The notes below the pieces were generated by a model. It had not been told where the DNA came from. It ran no database searches and saw nothing but the letters and a program-made list of their open reading frames with translations. A program made the position numbers and the translations under genes. A stretch of DNA of 64,000 bases from a bacterium BMS3Bbin03. GTDB taxonomy: Bacteria > Zhuqueibacterota > JdFR-76 > BMS3Abin05. The stretch spans positions 38,535 to 102,534 of the forward strand of contig BDTM01000016.1 in NCBI GenBank assembly GCA_002898015.1, written 5' to 3'. Shown here piece after piece: positions 20,036 to 29,280 of the stretch. Position 1 is the stretch's first letter. Every line of letters starts with the position of its first letter.

Positions 20036-20090
20036 CAAAAGGCCGGCAAAACTCAGGTCCCTTCGGGATATTTAAACGATTCTCAAATTC

Positions 20091-20112
20091 GGGTGCACAC
20101 GGCACCCTTTTT
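20091..20112 (+). terminator. Rho-independent terminator
   Basis: GGGTGC / GCACCC stem, 5-nt loop, then TTTTT. Confidence 0.6.
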
Positions 20113-20209
20113 ATTATCGCCGGGTAATCCGGAATAAAGGCAAATTTTTATTGGAATTTCTTAAAAAATCTTTTAAATTATAGTCCATAAGAAATTGGAG
20201 GACTAATTC

Positions 20210-20680
20210 ATGAAATTGACAGACCTACTCTCACCGGAATTGATCAAAATCCCGATAGAATCGACGGAAAAAAAAGGTGTTATAAAAGAGCTTGTTGACC
20301 TTTTGGTGAAAAATAATAAGGTTTCAGGCAAGCAAGCCGTTTTAGATGCTGTTTTGGAACGAGAAAAAGTGATGAGCACCGGGGTTGGGCAGGGAATTGC
20401 TATTCCCCACGGCAAAACAGATGGGGTCGATACGGTCGTGGCGTCTCTCGGCATTTCCAAAAAGGATATTGATTTTCAAGCCATCGACGAAAAACCCGTA
20501 CATATTGTCTTTCTGCTGGTAGCGCCGCCTTACGAAACCGGTTTGCATTTAAAGGCGCTCAGCCGGGTTTCACGTTTATTGAGCAAGGAAGAATTTCGTA
20601 AAAAGCTCATGAACGCAAAGGATGCCCGCACGGCCATGAAGTTCATTCAGGAAGAAGAAAAAAAGTATTTCGAGATTTAA
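20210..20680 (+). CDS. PTS EIIA type-2 domain protein (PtsN / EIIA-Ntr-like)
   Basis: GVGQGIAIPHGK active-site His context, about 155 aa, stand-alone. Confidence 0.75.
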   Translation: MKLTDLLSPELIKIPIESTEKKGVIKELVDLLVKNNKVSGKQAVLDAVLEREKVMSTGVGQGIAIPHGKTDGVDTVVASLGISKKDIDFQAIDEKPVHIVFLLVAPPYETGLHLKALSRVSRLLSKEEFRKKLMNAKDARTAMKFIQEEEKKYFEI

Positions 20681-20694
20681 AACGGATCTATTGA

Positions 20695-21036
20695 ATGAGA
20701 CTATTTGTCATGGTTTTGAATAAAGAGGAGTACCTGGATGAAATTTTGGAGGCTTTTCTGGAATTGGATGTCCACGGTGCGACGGTGATTGACAGCGTGG
20801 GGATGGGACATCTTCTCTCCTTTGAGATTCCGATTTTTGCAGGATTAAGAAGTGTGCTGCCGGGCAATCGTCCTTACAATAAAACCATTTTTTCCGTTGT
20901 GGAAGACGAGCAAGTGCCCAAAATTGTCGATGCCATCGAGCAAATCATCGGGGGCCTGGAACAGCCGGGGGTGGGAATTGTGTTTACGATGCCGGTGGAT
21001 TTTGCAAAAGGATTGGCATCCGAACTGAATGTTTAA
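20695..21036 (+). CDS. Hypothetical protein, possibly PII-like (beta-alpha-beta) fold
   Basis: 113 aa (MRLFVMVLNKEEYLDEILEAFLELDVHGATVIDSVGMG...). The size and alternating pattern resemble PII-like signalling proteins. This is a weak call. Confidence 0.5.
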   Translation: MRLFVMVLNKEEYLDEILEAFLELDVHGATVIDSVGMGHLLSFEIPIFAGLRSVLPGNRPYNKTIFSVVEDEQVPKIVDAIEQIIGGLEQPGVGIVFTMPVDFAKGLASELNV

Positions 21037-21054
21037 AGGATTTTTGCTTTTACG

Positions 21055-21312
21055 ATGAGTTCTAAAAAAAATAAAATTCCGGAAGATCAATGGATTCCGC
21101 TAAAGTCATTTCCAAGCCGGCTGTATGCTGAAATGGTGAAAGAGGTGCTGGACGGCAAAGATATTCCTTCTATTATTAAAGGGGAAGATGTGGGAATTCT
21201 GGGCACCGGCAGCTACGGCACATCCTCTCCCGGTAGAATTGTCCTCTGGGTGCTGGAAAGAGATTTCGATCGTTGTCAGGAGATTTCAACGGACATGTTG
21301 GACCATATTTAA
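21055..21312 (+). CDS. DUF2007-like putative signal-transducing protein
   Basis: 85 aa. The LYAEMVKEVLDGKDIPSIIKGEDVG pattern is typical of DUF2007 family members. Confidence 0.55.
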   Translation: MSSKKNKIPEDQWIPLKSFPSRLYAEMVKEVLDGKDIPSIIKGEDVGILGTGSYGTSSPGRIVLWVLERDFDRCQEISTDMLDHI

Positions 21313-21327
21313 ATAAGTTGGCGGTGA

Positions 21328-22593
21328 ATGGCAAAAAAAATACAAACGCCCCGCGGAACCCAGGATATTCTTCCTGAAGAATCGTACCAGTGGCTGTATC
21401 TGGAAAATGAAATTCGAAAAATATTTAACCGGTTTGATTTTTTTGAAATCCGAACGCCTGTTTTTGAAGAAACCGAGTTGTTTGCCCGCGGGGTAGGGGA
21501 AACCACCGATATCGTTCAAAAAGAGATGTACACGTTTGAAGATCGCGGCGGGAAAAGCATGACGCTGAGGCCTGAAATGACGGCTTCCGTTGTGCGGGCT
21601 TACATCCAGCATGCGCTCTGGAATCAGGGTGCGGTGCAGAAATTGTCGTACATTTCGCCCATGTTTCGGCAGGAACGTCCGCAGGCCGGACGATTGCGGC
21701 AATTTTACCAATTTGGTGTTGAGATTTTGGGGACCCCCGGCCCTGTTGCCGATGTGGAGGCGATTGCCCTTGCCATGGAGATTTTTAATCACCTTGGGTT
21801 GAGGAATCTCACATTAAGAATGAATAGCGTGGGATGTCCCAAATGTCGTCCAAACTACAGGGCAGTTTTGCGCGAATCGTTGAAAAATGTCAAAGGCCGG
21901 CTTTGCCCGGACTGCCAGGTGCGTTACGACACCAATCCCCTGCGCATTTTGGATTGCAAAAAGGAAATCTGTCGAAAGCTCACGGAAGATGTGCCGGGAA
22001 TCGAAGACTATCTCTGTGAAGAATGCCGCGGCCATTTTAATGCCGTGAAAAATGGCTTGAAGGTTCTGGAAATTCCTTACACGAGCGATAAGCGCCTGGT
22101 TCGGGGATTGGATTACTACACGCGCACGGCTTTTGAAATTGTGAGTACGGAACTTGGCTCACAGGATGCCGTTTGCGGCGGCGGCCGGTATGATCGCCTT
22201 GTATTTGAATTAGGCGGGCCGGATGTCTCCGGTGTCGGCTTTGCCGCGGGCATGGAACGGCTTCTGGTCATCATGAGAAAGAATGGGCTCCCTTTGGGTG
22301 AGCCGCCGCGCCCGGAAGTCTATTTTGTGTCATTGGGGGAAAACGCCAAAACGGCTGTTTTAAAGTTGGCGCAGCAGCTCCGCCGGAGCGGATTCAGGTG
22401 CGAATTGGATCTGGCCGGCAGAAGTGTGAAAGCGCAGATGCGCGAAGCCAACCGCATCGGGGCACTGTTTGCCGTGATTGTGGGCGAAGATGAGCTTTCC
22501 AAAAATGAGGCACAGGTCAAAAATCTTGAAAATGGCACCCAAACGGGTGTGCCTTTTGGGAAACTTCCCGAATTTATTCGCCGGGACCAATGA
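21328..22593 (+). CDS. hisS: Histidine--tRNA ligase
   Basis: TPRGTQDILPEE, MYTFEDRGGKSMTLRPEMT, FRQERPQAGRLRQFYQFG, and the GGGRYD motif. Confidence 0.95.
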   Translation: MAKKIQTPRGTQDILPEESYQWLYLENEIRKIFNRFDFFEIRTPVFEETELFARGVGETTDIVQKEMYTFEDRGGKSMTLRPEMTASVVRAYIQHALWNQGAVQKLSYISPMFRQERPQAGRLRQFYQFGVEILGTPGPVADVEAIALAMEIFNHLGLRNLTLRMNSVGCPKCRPNYRAVLRESLKNVKGRLCPDCQVRYDTNPLRILDCKKEICRKLTEDVPGIEDYLCEECRGHFNAVKNGLKVLEIPYTSDKRLVRGLDYYTRTAFEIVSTELGSQDAVCGGGRYDRLVFELGGPDVSGVGFAAGMERLLVIMRKNGLPLGEPPRPEVYFVSLGENAKTAVLKLAQQLRRSGFRCELDLAGRSVKAQMREANRIGALFAVIVGEDELSKNEAQVKNLENGTQTGVPFGKLPEFIRRDQ

Positions 22594-22599
22594 TTCCCC

Positions 22600-23394
22600 A
22601 TGGCTTCCCGGGAGCTTTTAAAATGGGTGAGGAAGCTTCACCTAAAAAAATATCGTGAACAGGAAAGCTGTTTTGTAATCGAAGGGCCGAATCTGGTTCT
22701 GGAAGCCCTTCGGTCCGATTTTCAAATCGCAAATGTCTTTGTAATTCCCGAATTTAAGACTTCGGGCCGTTTTAAACAGATGGAACCGTTCTTTGAAAAG
22801 CGTTCGCTCCCCGTTCAGCAAATTTCGGTCCCGGAGATGAAAATGATTTCCGAAACATGTTTACCTCAGGGAATTTTGGGTGTCGTTCGAAAAAAGCCCC
22901 GGAGCTTCAGGAAACACGACGTGTCCCGCTGGACGAAGGTGATTCTTTTAGACCATCTTCAGGAGCCGGGCAATCTGGGTACGATTATCCGGGCAGCCGA
23001 TTGGTTTGGGTTTCAGGCGGTGCTGACCAGTGAAGGCAGTGTGGAAAGTACGAACGGAAAAGTTCTGCGTTCAACGGCGGGTTCGTATTTTCATTTACCT
23101 GTTTTTGAAGCCATTTCTCTTCGCGGGGCAATCAAAACGCTGCTGCAGGAGCGCTTCCGGGTATTTGCGGCCCAAAGCGACGGCGATGTCATCCATTTTA
23201 AAGCACAATTCGGGGAGAAAACAGCGCTTGTGATCGGCAATGAACGGCACGGCGTAAAATCAGATTTATCCGGCCTTCCTGTTCAAACCGTGCGGATTTC
23301 GCGGTCGGGGCGCGGAGAATCGTTGAATGCAGCGATGGCCGCTACTGTCTTGATGGATCGAATCACTTTTTCAGAAGCCGGAAACGGTGCCTGA
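22600..23394 (+). CDS. TrmH/SpoU-family RNA 2'-O-methyltransferase
   Basis: QEPGNLGTIIRAADWFG, VIGNERHGV and ESLNAAMAATVLM motifs. Confidence 0.85.
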   Translation: MASRELLKWVRKLHLKKYREQESCFVIEGPNLVLEALRSDFQIANVFVIPEFKTSGRFKQMEPFFEKRSLPVQQISVPEMKMISETCLPQGILGVVRKKPRSFRKHDVSRWTKVILLDHLQEPGNLGTIIRAADWFGFQAVLTSEGSVESTNGKVLRSTAGSYFHLPVFEAISLRGAIKTLLQERFRVFAAQSDGDVIHFKAQFGEKTALVIGNERHGVKSDLSGLPVQTVRISRSGRGESLNAAMAATVLMDRITFSEAGNGA

Positions 23395-24226
23395 TTCGGA
23401 ATTTGAAATTGAAACGCCGGCGGGGCGGGATCAAAACCCAACGCCCTTTGCCACTCTCGTTCTGGTCGTTTTATCGATTATTCTCATTTTTTCTGTCGGG
23501 CTTCTGCTGTCTTTTTGGGTTCAGCGGCGGTTTTCAAATCCCGATTTAAAAGCCGTTGTGCTTTCGGCAGAATTGCTGTTGTTAATTCCGGAGCTTCTTT
23601 ACATCGGGTGGAAGAAGCTGTCTTTTAGAAAAGTATTTCGATTGCGCCCGGTTTCCCTGCAGCTCCTGGCGGCCAGCGTTGTGGTCACAATCGGATTGGT
23701 GCCGCTCACAGACACGCTGGATCGAGTGCTTCAAAACTGGATCCGCATGCCTGCGGAGATGGAAAATCTCATAAAAGCATCTTTTCAATTTAACAACCCG
23801 CTTTTTTTCTGGATCGCATTTCTCTCGGTGACCCTTTTTGCGGGAATTTTTGAGGAGATGCTGTTCCGTGGGTTTTTTCAACAGGTGTGGGAGAGAGCCT
23901 TTTCACCCCTGTCGGCAATCGGGATCTCGGCAATTTTATTTGCCGTGGTTCATTTCAATCCATGGTGGCTTATTCAGATTCTGCTGCTCGGAATTTTGCT
24001 GGGGTATATTGCTTATCGAAGTGATTCCGTGGTGCCGGGAATTTTTATTCACGTGCTGAACAATGCCATCGCGTTCTATTTTTTAAGGATTCCCGATCAG
24101 AAAATGGGATGGTATTTAAACAATCAGGCGGTGCGCTGGTATTGGCTCGTCTTCGGTCTCATCTTATTTGTGACGGGTTTCCGTTGGATGCTGAATCTAT
24201 TTGGAGAAGTTAGGGAATGGAAGTAA
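23387..24226 (+). CDS. CPBP-family intramembrane glutamic endopeptidase (CAAX protease family)
   Basis: Multi-TM protein with EEMLFRGF and FAVVHF...HVLNN motifs. Confidence 0.8.
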   Translation: MPDSEFEIETPAGRDQNPTPFATLVLVVLSIILIFSVGLLLSFWVQRRFSNPDLKAVVLSAELLLLIPELLYIGWKKLSFRKVFRLRPVSLQLLAASVVVTIGLVPLTDTLDRVLQNWIRMPAEMENLIKASFQFNNPLFFWIAFLSVTLFAGIFEEMLFRGFFQQVWERAFSPLSAIGISAILFAVVHFNPWWLIQILLLGILLGYIAYRSDSVVPGIFIHVLNNAIAFYFLRIPDQKMGWYLNNQAVRWYWLVFGLILFVTGFRWMLNLFGEVREWK

Positions 24227-24242
24227 AGAGTCGGATCGTTTG

Positions 24243-25835
24243 ATGGAATTCAATCAGGTGACAGATTCTCCGCGTGTTCGGATCGGAGTTCTCCAGCACG
24301 AAGACGAAATGACTTTCAGAGCCACAGGCGGGTTTGTGGGATTCGATCTGAACGGCAAGAAAGTATTTGAAGGCAAGAAAGAATACGCTTATAAAATTAC
24401 ACACGACACATCGGATGCAGGAGAAATCCGCTATGCGGTCCGGATGCACATCAGGGGATCGGAGCGCGAAGCGAATGAACGCATCGGGGAATGGAAATCA
24501 TCCGGTGTTGAAACGACAAAATTGCAGGTCGGGCAGAAAATTCCATTAGGGGGCGGGAAAGTTTACGACAATCGCGAATTCTGGATTTTGTCCGGGACAT
24601 TTTTTTCTGAAGATGAAGCGGAGGCGCACAGAAGAAGCCTGCCGGATTTCGGAGGCATGAAAGTGGTTCCGGTGATTACACGTCCTGCCCGGGGCGACCT
24701 GCATCTGGAGGGTCTTGTGGTTAAAGGGGGGATTCGCCTGGTTCCGGCGAACAAGAGCGGACGGTTTATTCTTGACAACATCCGTGTGGGCATTGGATTT
24801 CACTGGGATCATCGCGAGAGTCAGGAATATGAAGAAGATCTGGCGTTTTATATAGACCGGTACGGCAAAATTACGGCCGTCAATATTATTGATCTGGAAA
24901 CCTACCTTTCGGCCGTCAATTCTTCAGAGATGGTACCCGATTGTTCGGCGGAGTTCTTGAAGAGCCAGACCATTGTGGCGCGCAGCACCGTTTTTGCGAC
25001 GGCCGGAAAACACCATTTTGGCGATCCGTTTGATCTGTGTGCCGACGACCACTGCCAATGTTTTCACGGCTCTGCGGCCATCGAGGCACGCTCTGCCAAG
25101 GCCGGGAAACTCACCCGGGGAGAGGTTCTTATTTATGAAGACCGGGTTTGCGATGCCCGTTACGCCAAGGTTTGCGGCGGGGTGGGGGAATCTTATCGAA
25201 ACGTCTGGGATGATCAAGACATTCCCTATCTCACAAAGTTTTATGACGGCCCCGAAACACCGGAAAGCCTGCCGGATTTAACGGAGGAAACAAATGTCCG
25301 GGCGTTTCTTGAAGCCCCCCCGGGCGTGTTTTGTAATCCTAAAGAGTACCCGCTGCCGGATTATTTGCGCGAGGCACACCGGCATTTTGACTGGCAGGTG
25401 GGGTACATGCCTGAGGAATCCGGTTTTCGATGGGAGGTTCGCTACACATCTGAAGAATTGGAAGCCGTTGTCGAAGAAAAGGCGCATTTAGGATTGGGGG
25501 TTATCAAGGATATTGTTCCGCTGGAGCGAGGCGAATCCGGCCGCCTGATTTATGCAAAATTAATCGGTGAAAACGGTGAGAAAATTATCGGGAAAGAGCT
25601 GGAAATTCGGCGTGTTCTATCAAAATCGCATCTCTACAGCTCCCTCTTTGTGGTGGATAAAGAAATGAATGCGCAGGGCGAACTTCAGGCGTTTGTATTA
25701 AAAGGCGGAGGTTGGGGCCATGGTGTCGGTCTCTGCCAGGTCGGTGCCGAAATTATGGGAGAGCAGGGTTACCCGTATGATCAGATTTTGTATCATTACT
25801 ACCCCGGTTCCAGATTGAAACATCTCTATAAATGA
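24243..25835 (+). CDS. SpoIID/LytB-domain protein
   Basis: C-terminal GGGWGHGVGLCQVGA motif and CADDHCQCFHG segment. The ATG at 24243 avoids overlap with the upstream gene (track start 24201). Confidence 0.75.
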   Translation: MEFNQVTDSPRVRIGVLQHEDEMTFRATGGFVGFDLNGKKVFEGKKEYAYKITHDTSDAGEIRYAVRMHIRGSEREANERIGEWKSSGVETTKLQVGQKIPLGGGKVYDNREFWILSGTFFSEDEAEAHRRSLPDFGGMKVVPVITRPARGDLHLEGLVVKGGIRLVPANKSGRFILDNIRVGIGFHWDHRESQEYEEDLAFYIDRYGKITAVNIIDLETYLSAVNSSEMVPDCSAEFLKSQTIVARSTVFATAGKHHFGDPFDLCADDHCQCFHGSAAIEARSAKAGKLTRGEVLIYEDRVCDARYAKVCGGVGESYRNVWDDQDIPYLTKFYDGPETPESLPDLTEETNVRAFLEAPPGVFCNPKEYPLPDYLREAHRHFDWQVGYMPEESGFRWEVRYTSEELEAVVEEKAHLGLGVIKDIVPLERGESGRLIYAKLIGENGEKIIGKELEIRRVLSKSHLYSSLFVVDKEMNAQGELQAFVLKGGGWGHGVGLCQVGAEIMGEQGYPYDQILYHYYPGSRLKHLYK

Positions 25836-25884
25836 GTCAGTTAATAGTTTGTGCTGAATTGAAGGATAAAACAGTTTTTGTTTT

Positions 25885-25900
25885 TGGCTTTATTTTTGCA
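25885..25900 (+). promoter_or_regulatory. Candidate sigma-54 (-24/-12) promoter
   Basis: TGGCTTTATTTTTGCA. GG (25886-7) and GC (25898-9) are 12 nt apart, as in TGGCAC-N5-TTGCA. It lies 61 nt upstream of the receiver-PATAN gene. Confidence 0.5.
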
Positions 25901-25960
25901 GTATTAATAGGCTTATGCGAATTCAGGGGAAAATTCTAATCAAACAAGTAAGGTAGAAAA

Positions 25961-27550
25961 ATGGCAAATACGAAAACAATTTTAATTGTGGACGACGATG
26001 CACAAAATATTGAAATTCTTGTCCATGAACTGGTGCGTAAGCGGTTTCAGGTGAGCACGGCCGAGAACGGATATGACACCCTGGAAAAGGCTAAAAAGTA
26101 TCAGCCGGATTTAATCATTACCGATGCGGATTTGCCCGATTTAAGCGGCGTCGCTTTATTGCAGCGGCTCAGGCAGGATGAAAAAACCGTTTCCATTCCG
26201 GTTATTTTTCTCACCGCCCAGGATGGATTGCAGGACCGGCTGCGTGCTTTTGAATTAGGCGTGCGCGACTATATGATCAAACCCCTGCACGTGTCGGAAA
26301 TCGGAGCCCGTGTGAAAATGATTTTCAACCGTCTTCAACGATTGGAAACGGCGGCGTCCGGCATGGATTCCAGATATCAGGGGAAATTGGACGAGAAGTG
26401 TCTGGCAGAACTGATTACTCAGCTCGGTGCCAAACGCTGGACGGGAATTTTGAATCTTACCAACGAATTTAAAAAAAGCGGCCAGGTTTTTTTCAAAAAG
26501 GGAATGATCGTCAACGCAATCCTCGGGGGGTTTCGGGCCGAACGCGCCATTTACCAAATGATGCCCTGGGCAAAAGGACTTTTTTCGATTGTGCCTCAAC
26601 AGGTTGAAGTGGAAGACGAAGTCTCGATCAGCAATCTCGGAATCCTTCTGCATGGGTATGAATGTTTGAAACAACGGCAGGAGCTTTTAAACAAATTGCC
26701 GTCGCCTTACGCCATTTTTTCCGTCAAATCTCATTTTTTAAAACTGCTGGAAGAACGGCCGGTAACGCCCGATGTGACAAAATTTGTCGATTTATTTGAC
26801 GGTCAGCATTCGGTTCTGAAAATTCTGGATGACAGCCATTATGACGACCTGACGACACTTACCCGCATCGTAAAAATGTACAGGCAGGGGTTTCTGGAAG
26901 AATTAATCGTTTCTGAACCGGAGGAGGAACCTGCCGGCGAAGAAGATTTGGAAGCCGTGTTGAGTGAAGAGGAATTTGATACCTTCCAAAAACGCGTGTT
27001 CAGACCGGTTGCCGCAATGGAACCGTTTCTTCTGATTCTTGGAACGGCGAACAGCGGCAAGGGTGAATTTGTGCAAACGCTTGTTGGAAAGCACTATCGG
27101 ACACGGTCCGTGAAAAAAGTCTTTCCGCACGCCCTGGATATTGGGAAATTAAGGCTTTACGAAGAAAATGACATCCTGATTGTTGGAATTCCTGTTGAGA
27201 AACAGGTTCGGACGATCGTTCAATCCGTTTCGGATAACTTGCTGGGGTACATTTTTATTGTAAATGCAACAGAACCTGAAAGCCTCGACTATCTGAATTA
27301 TTTAATCAAATCTTTTAGAGGCCGTTTTCAGCTTCCCTACGTGGTGGCGGTAACCCATCTTCGTCATCCCAAGGCGCTTGGGATTGAAGAGATCTCACAA
27401 AAGTTGGGACTGGAAAGCTATGAAGAATTGATTCCCTGCGATCCGAAAGACAAAGAAAATGTGAAGGTGATTTTACTCAATATGTATTCTCCTTATCCCG
27501 AAAAGAAAAAACTGACTTTTAGCTTAAGCGAAAAACTGGTAACAAACTAA
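25961..27550 (+). CDS. Response-regulator receiver + PATAN (DUF4388) + C-terminal degenerate MglA-like GTPase domain
   Basis: Intact REC (IVDDD, IITDADLPD, FLTAQ, IKPL). The PATAN-like core is LAELITQLGAKRWTGILNL...GQVFFKKGMIVNA. The C-terminal P-loop is GTANSGKG (27041-27064), with GIPVE in place of DxxGQ and THLR in place of NKxD. Confidence 0.7.
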   Translation: MANTKTILIVDDDAQNIEILVHELVRKRFQVSTAENGYDTLEKAKKYQPDLIITDADLPDLSGVALLQRLRQDEKTVSIPVIFLTAQDGLQDRLRAFELGVRDYMIKPLHVSEIGARVKMIFNRLQRLETAASGMDSRYQGKLDEKCLAELITQLGAKRWTGILNLTNEFKKSGQVFFKKGMIVNAILGGFRAERAIYQMMPWAKGLFSIVPQQVEVEDEVSISNLGILLHGYECLKQRQELLNKLPSPYAIFSVKSHFLKLLEERPVTPDVTKFVDLFDGQHSVLKILDDSHYDDLTTLTRIVKMYRQGFLEELIVSEPEEEPAGEEDLEAVLSEEEFDTFQKRVFRPVAAMEPFLLILGTANSGKGEFVQTLVGKHYRTRSVKKVFPHALDIGKLRLYEENDILIVGIPVEKQVRTIVQSVSDNLLGYIFIVNATEPESLDYLNYLIKSFRGRFQLPYVVAVTHLRHPKALGIEEISQKLGLESYEELIPCDPKDKENVKVILLNMYSPYPEKKKLTFSLSEKLVTN

Positions 27551-27566
27551 TTCAGGAGACCCGTCG

Positions 27567-28748
27567 TTGAACAAAATTCTGTTCATTGAGCCAGATGAAA
27601 AACTTGCTGCCGAATTTCAAAATATAATGGAGCCGGAAGAATTCGAAGTTAATTCGGCCGATTCTATGGAAGAGGCTCAGAACCTTTTGGAATCCTATTC
27701 GCCGCAAGGCGTCATTTTTGAGGCGCGTTTGCCTGAAAGCGGCTCAATCTCCCGGCTGAAGCAGCTTCGTGAAAGTTCTCCTGCCCAGGATATATTTTTT
27801 ATCGCTTTAAGTGAAGAGAGCGACGTGAATAAACGCGTTAACTTGATTGAAAGCGGCGTGGATGACTATATTCAGAAACCTTTTGAAGTGGAAGAGCTGC
27901 TGTTCCGTATTCGGATGCTTTTGCGTGAAAGAAAAAATTTTATTGAAAACGGCCCCGTTAAATTTTACGGCTTCAATGGGCTGCTTTCCGAAATGAATGT
28001 GATCGACCTGATTCAAACGCTTGAGTTGGGGAAAAAATCCGGTGTCATTGTACTCAATCGCGGCGCGATAGAAGGCAAAATATTCATCAAAGACGGCGTT
28101 GTCTGGGATGCGGCAGTAGGCCCGTTTAAGGGCGAACCGGCGCTGTATCAATTGGTCCTCTGGATGGATGGGAATTTCTCCGTGACATTTCAAAAGATTC
28201 ATCAAGAGCAGGGTATTTTTAGCCCGGTACAGGAAGTCATTCAGCGGAGTATCCAATTAATTGATGAAAAGGAACGGCTGCTCGCACATTTGCCGTCGAT
28301 ATATACGATTTTTGAACAGGTGCGGGATCTATTTCCGGATGAATTATATGAAGTTACGAATGAAATTTTATCTCATGTGGATGATGTACACACCCTCCAG
28401 GATATTCTGGATGAAACCACACTCGATGAGTTAGATGCCCTGCGGGAAATCATTCGCCTTTATCAATTGGGGGTTCTCCGGGAATCTGTGTCCTATCGTC
28501 TTTCCGTGCAGCAGGAACCGTCTTCGGCGGAGCAGAACCCGGAAGTCGAGCAGGATTTGGAAAGTACCCTTATTTCGAGGACATTCGACGCCATTCAGAA
28601 CTTTTTTAATCAAATGGCCGCCTCAGAGATAAGACAGTCTGATAAAGATGAATATGAGACTGTTTCGAAAGAGAACGGAATTGTTTTTAGCAGGAAGCTT
28701 GCTTTGAGCCGCAGCGAACTGCAATTTATTAAGCACAAACTTTTGTAA
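27567..28748 (+). CDS. Pseudo-receiver (Glu at phospho-acceptor position) + PATAN (DUF4388) protein
   Basis: REC-like N-terminus with VIFEARLPE (E52, nt 27720-27722) where the upstream paralogue has IITDADLPD. PATAN core VIDLIQTLELGKKSGVIVLN...GKIFIKDGVVWDA. TTG start 8 nt after AGGAG. Confidence 0.7.
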   Translation: MNKILFIEPDEKLAAEFQNIMEPEEFEVNSADSMEEAQNLLESYSPQGVIFEARLPESGSISRLKQLRESSPAQDIFFIALSEESDVNKRVNLIESGVDDYIQKPFEVEELLFRIRMLLRERKNFIENGPVKFYGFNGLLSEMNVIDLIQTLELGKKSGVIVLNRGAIEGKIFIKDGVVWDAAVGPFKGEPALYQLVLWMDGNFSVTFQKIHQEQGIFSPVQEVIQRSIQLIDEKERLLAHLPSIYTIFEQVRDLFPDELYEVTNEILSHVDDVHTLQDILDETTLDELDALREIIRLYQLGVLRESVSYRLSVQQEPSSAEQNPEVEQDLESTLISRTFDAIQNFFNQMAASEIRQSDKDEYETVSKENGIVFSRKLALSRSELQFIKHKLL

Positions 28749-28777
28749 CACCCAGGCGTTTTGGAAAGGAATACTGT

Positions 28778-29266
28778 ATGCGGATTGGTGAGATTTTAAT
28801 TATTGGGCCAAAAAGTGTCGGCAAAGAGGCACTTTTACAAAAGCTCTGCACACAGATTGAGACTCATGAGAAGGGATTTGAACTTGGGCTGCTGCCGCTC
28901 GACAATGAAATACTTTTACATTTTTATGGGATTCCCTGGTCCCACTACGCCAGAAGCACCGCCTGGGATTTAATTGCATCAAAAGCACTTGGGGCCATTA
29001 TTTTGTTTGATTGGGCCCGCCCCGAAACGGTTAAAACGGCCGAAGAAATTGTTGAATTTTTCCAGATGAACGCTACGCTGCCGATTCTTGTGGCTTCGAA
29101 GATCGAGGGCGATGAAGCATCCAAAATTGCGATTCATGCCTACAGCGGCGGTTTGCAGCTTTCCAGATCCTGTAAATTCACTTTTTACCATCCGGAACAA
29201 ACAGATTCTTTGCGCCAACTCATTGTAGATCTTGTGAATATTAATCTGGAACAATTAGCCGTTTAA
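28778..29266 (+). CDS. Small MglA/Ras-like protein with degenerate nucleotide-binding motifs (162 aa)
   Basis: G1 is GPKSVGKE (28805-28828; Glu where Ser/Thr is expected). Switch II is FYGIPWS (no Gln). G4 is ASKIE instead of NKxD. Confidence 0.6.
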   Translation: MRIGEILIIGPKSVGKEALLQKLCTQIETHEKGFELGLLPLDNEILLHFYGIPWSHYARSTAWDLIASKALGAIILFDWARPETVKTAEEIVEFFQMNATLPILVASKIEGDEASKIAIHAYSGGLQLSRSCKFTFYHPEQTDSLRQLIVDLVNINLEQLAV

Positions 29267-29280
29267 ACGATGAGGTTATC

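Noticed and set aside
24243-25835. The SpoIID/LytB-domain and SPL-family genes as evidence of an endospore former.
   Set aside because: The window encodes OM barrel proteins, Tol/Exb-like systems, SurA-like PPIase and lipoproteins typical of diderms. Both families occur widely outside sporulators, so no sporulation inference is justified.
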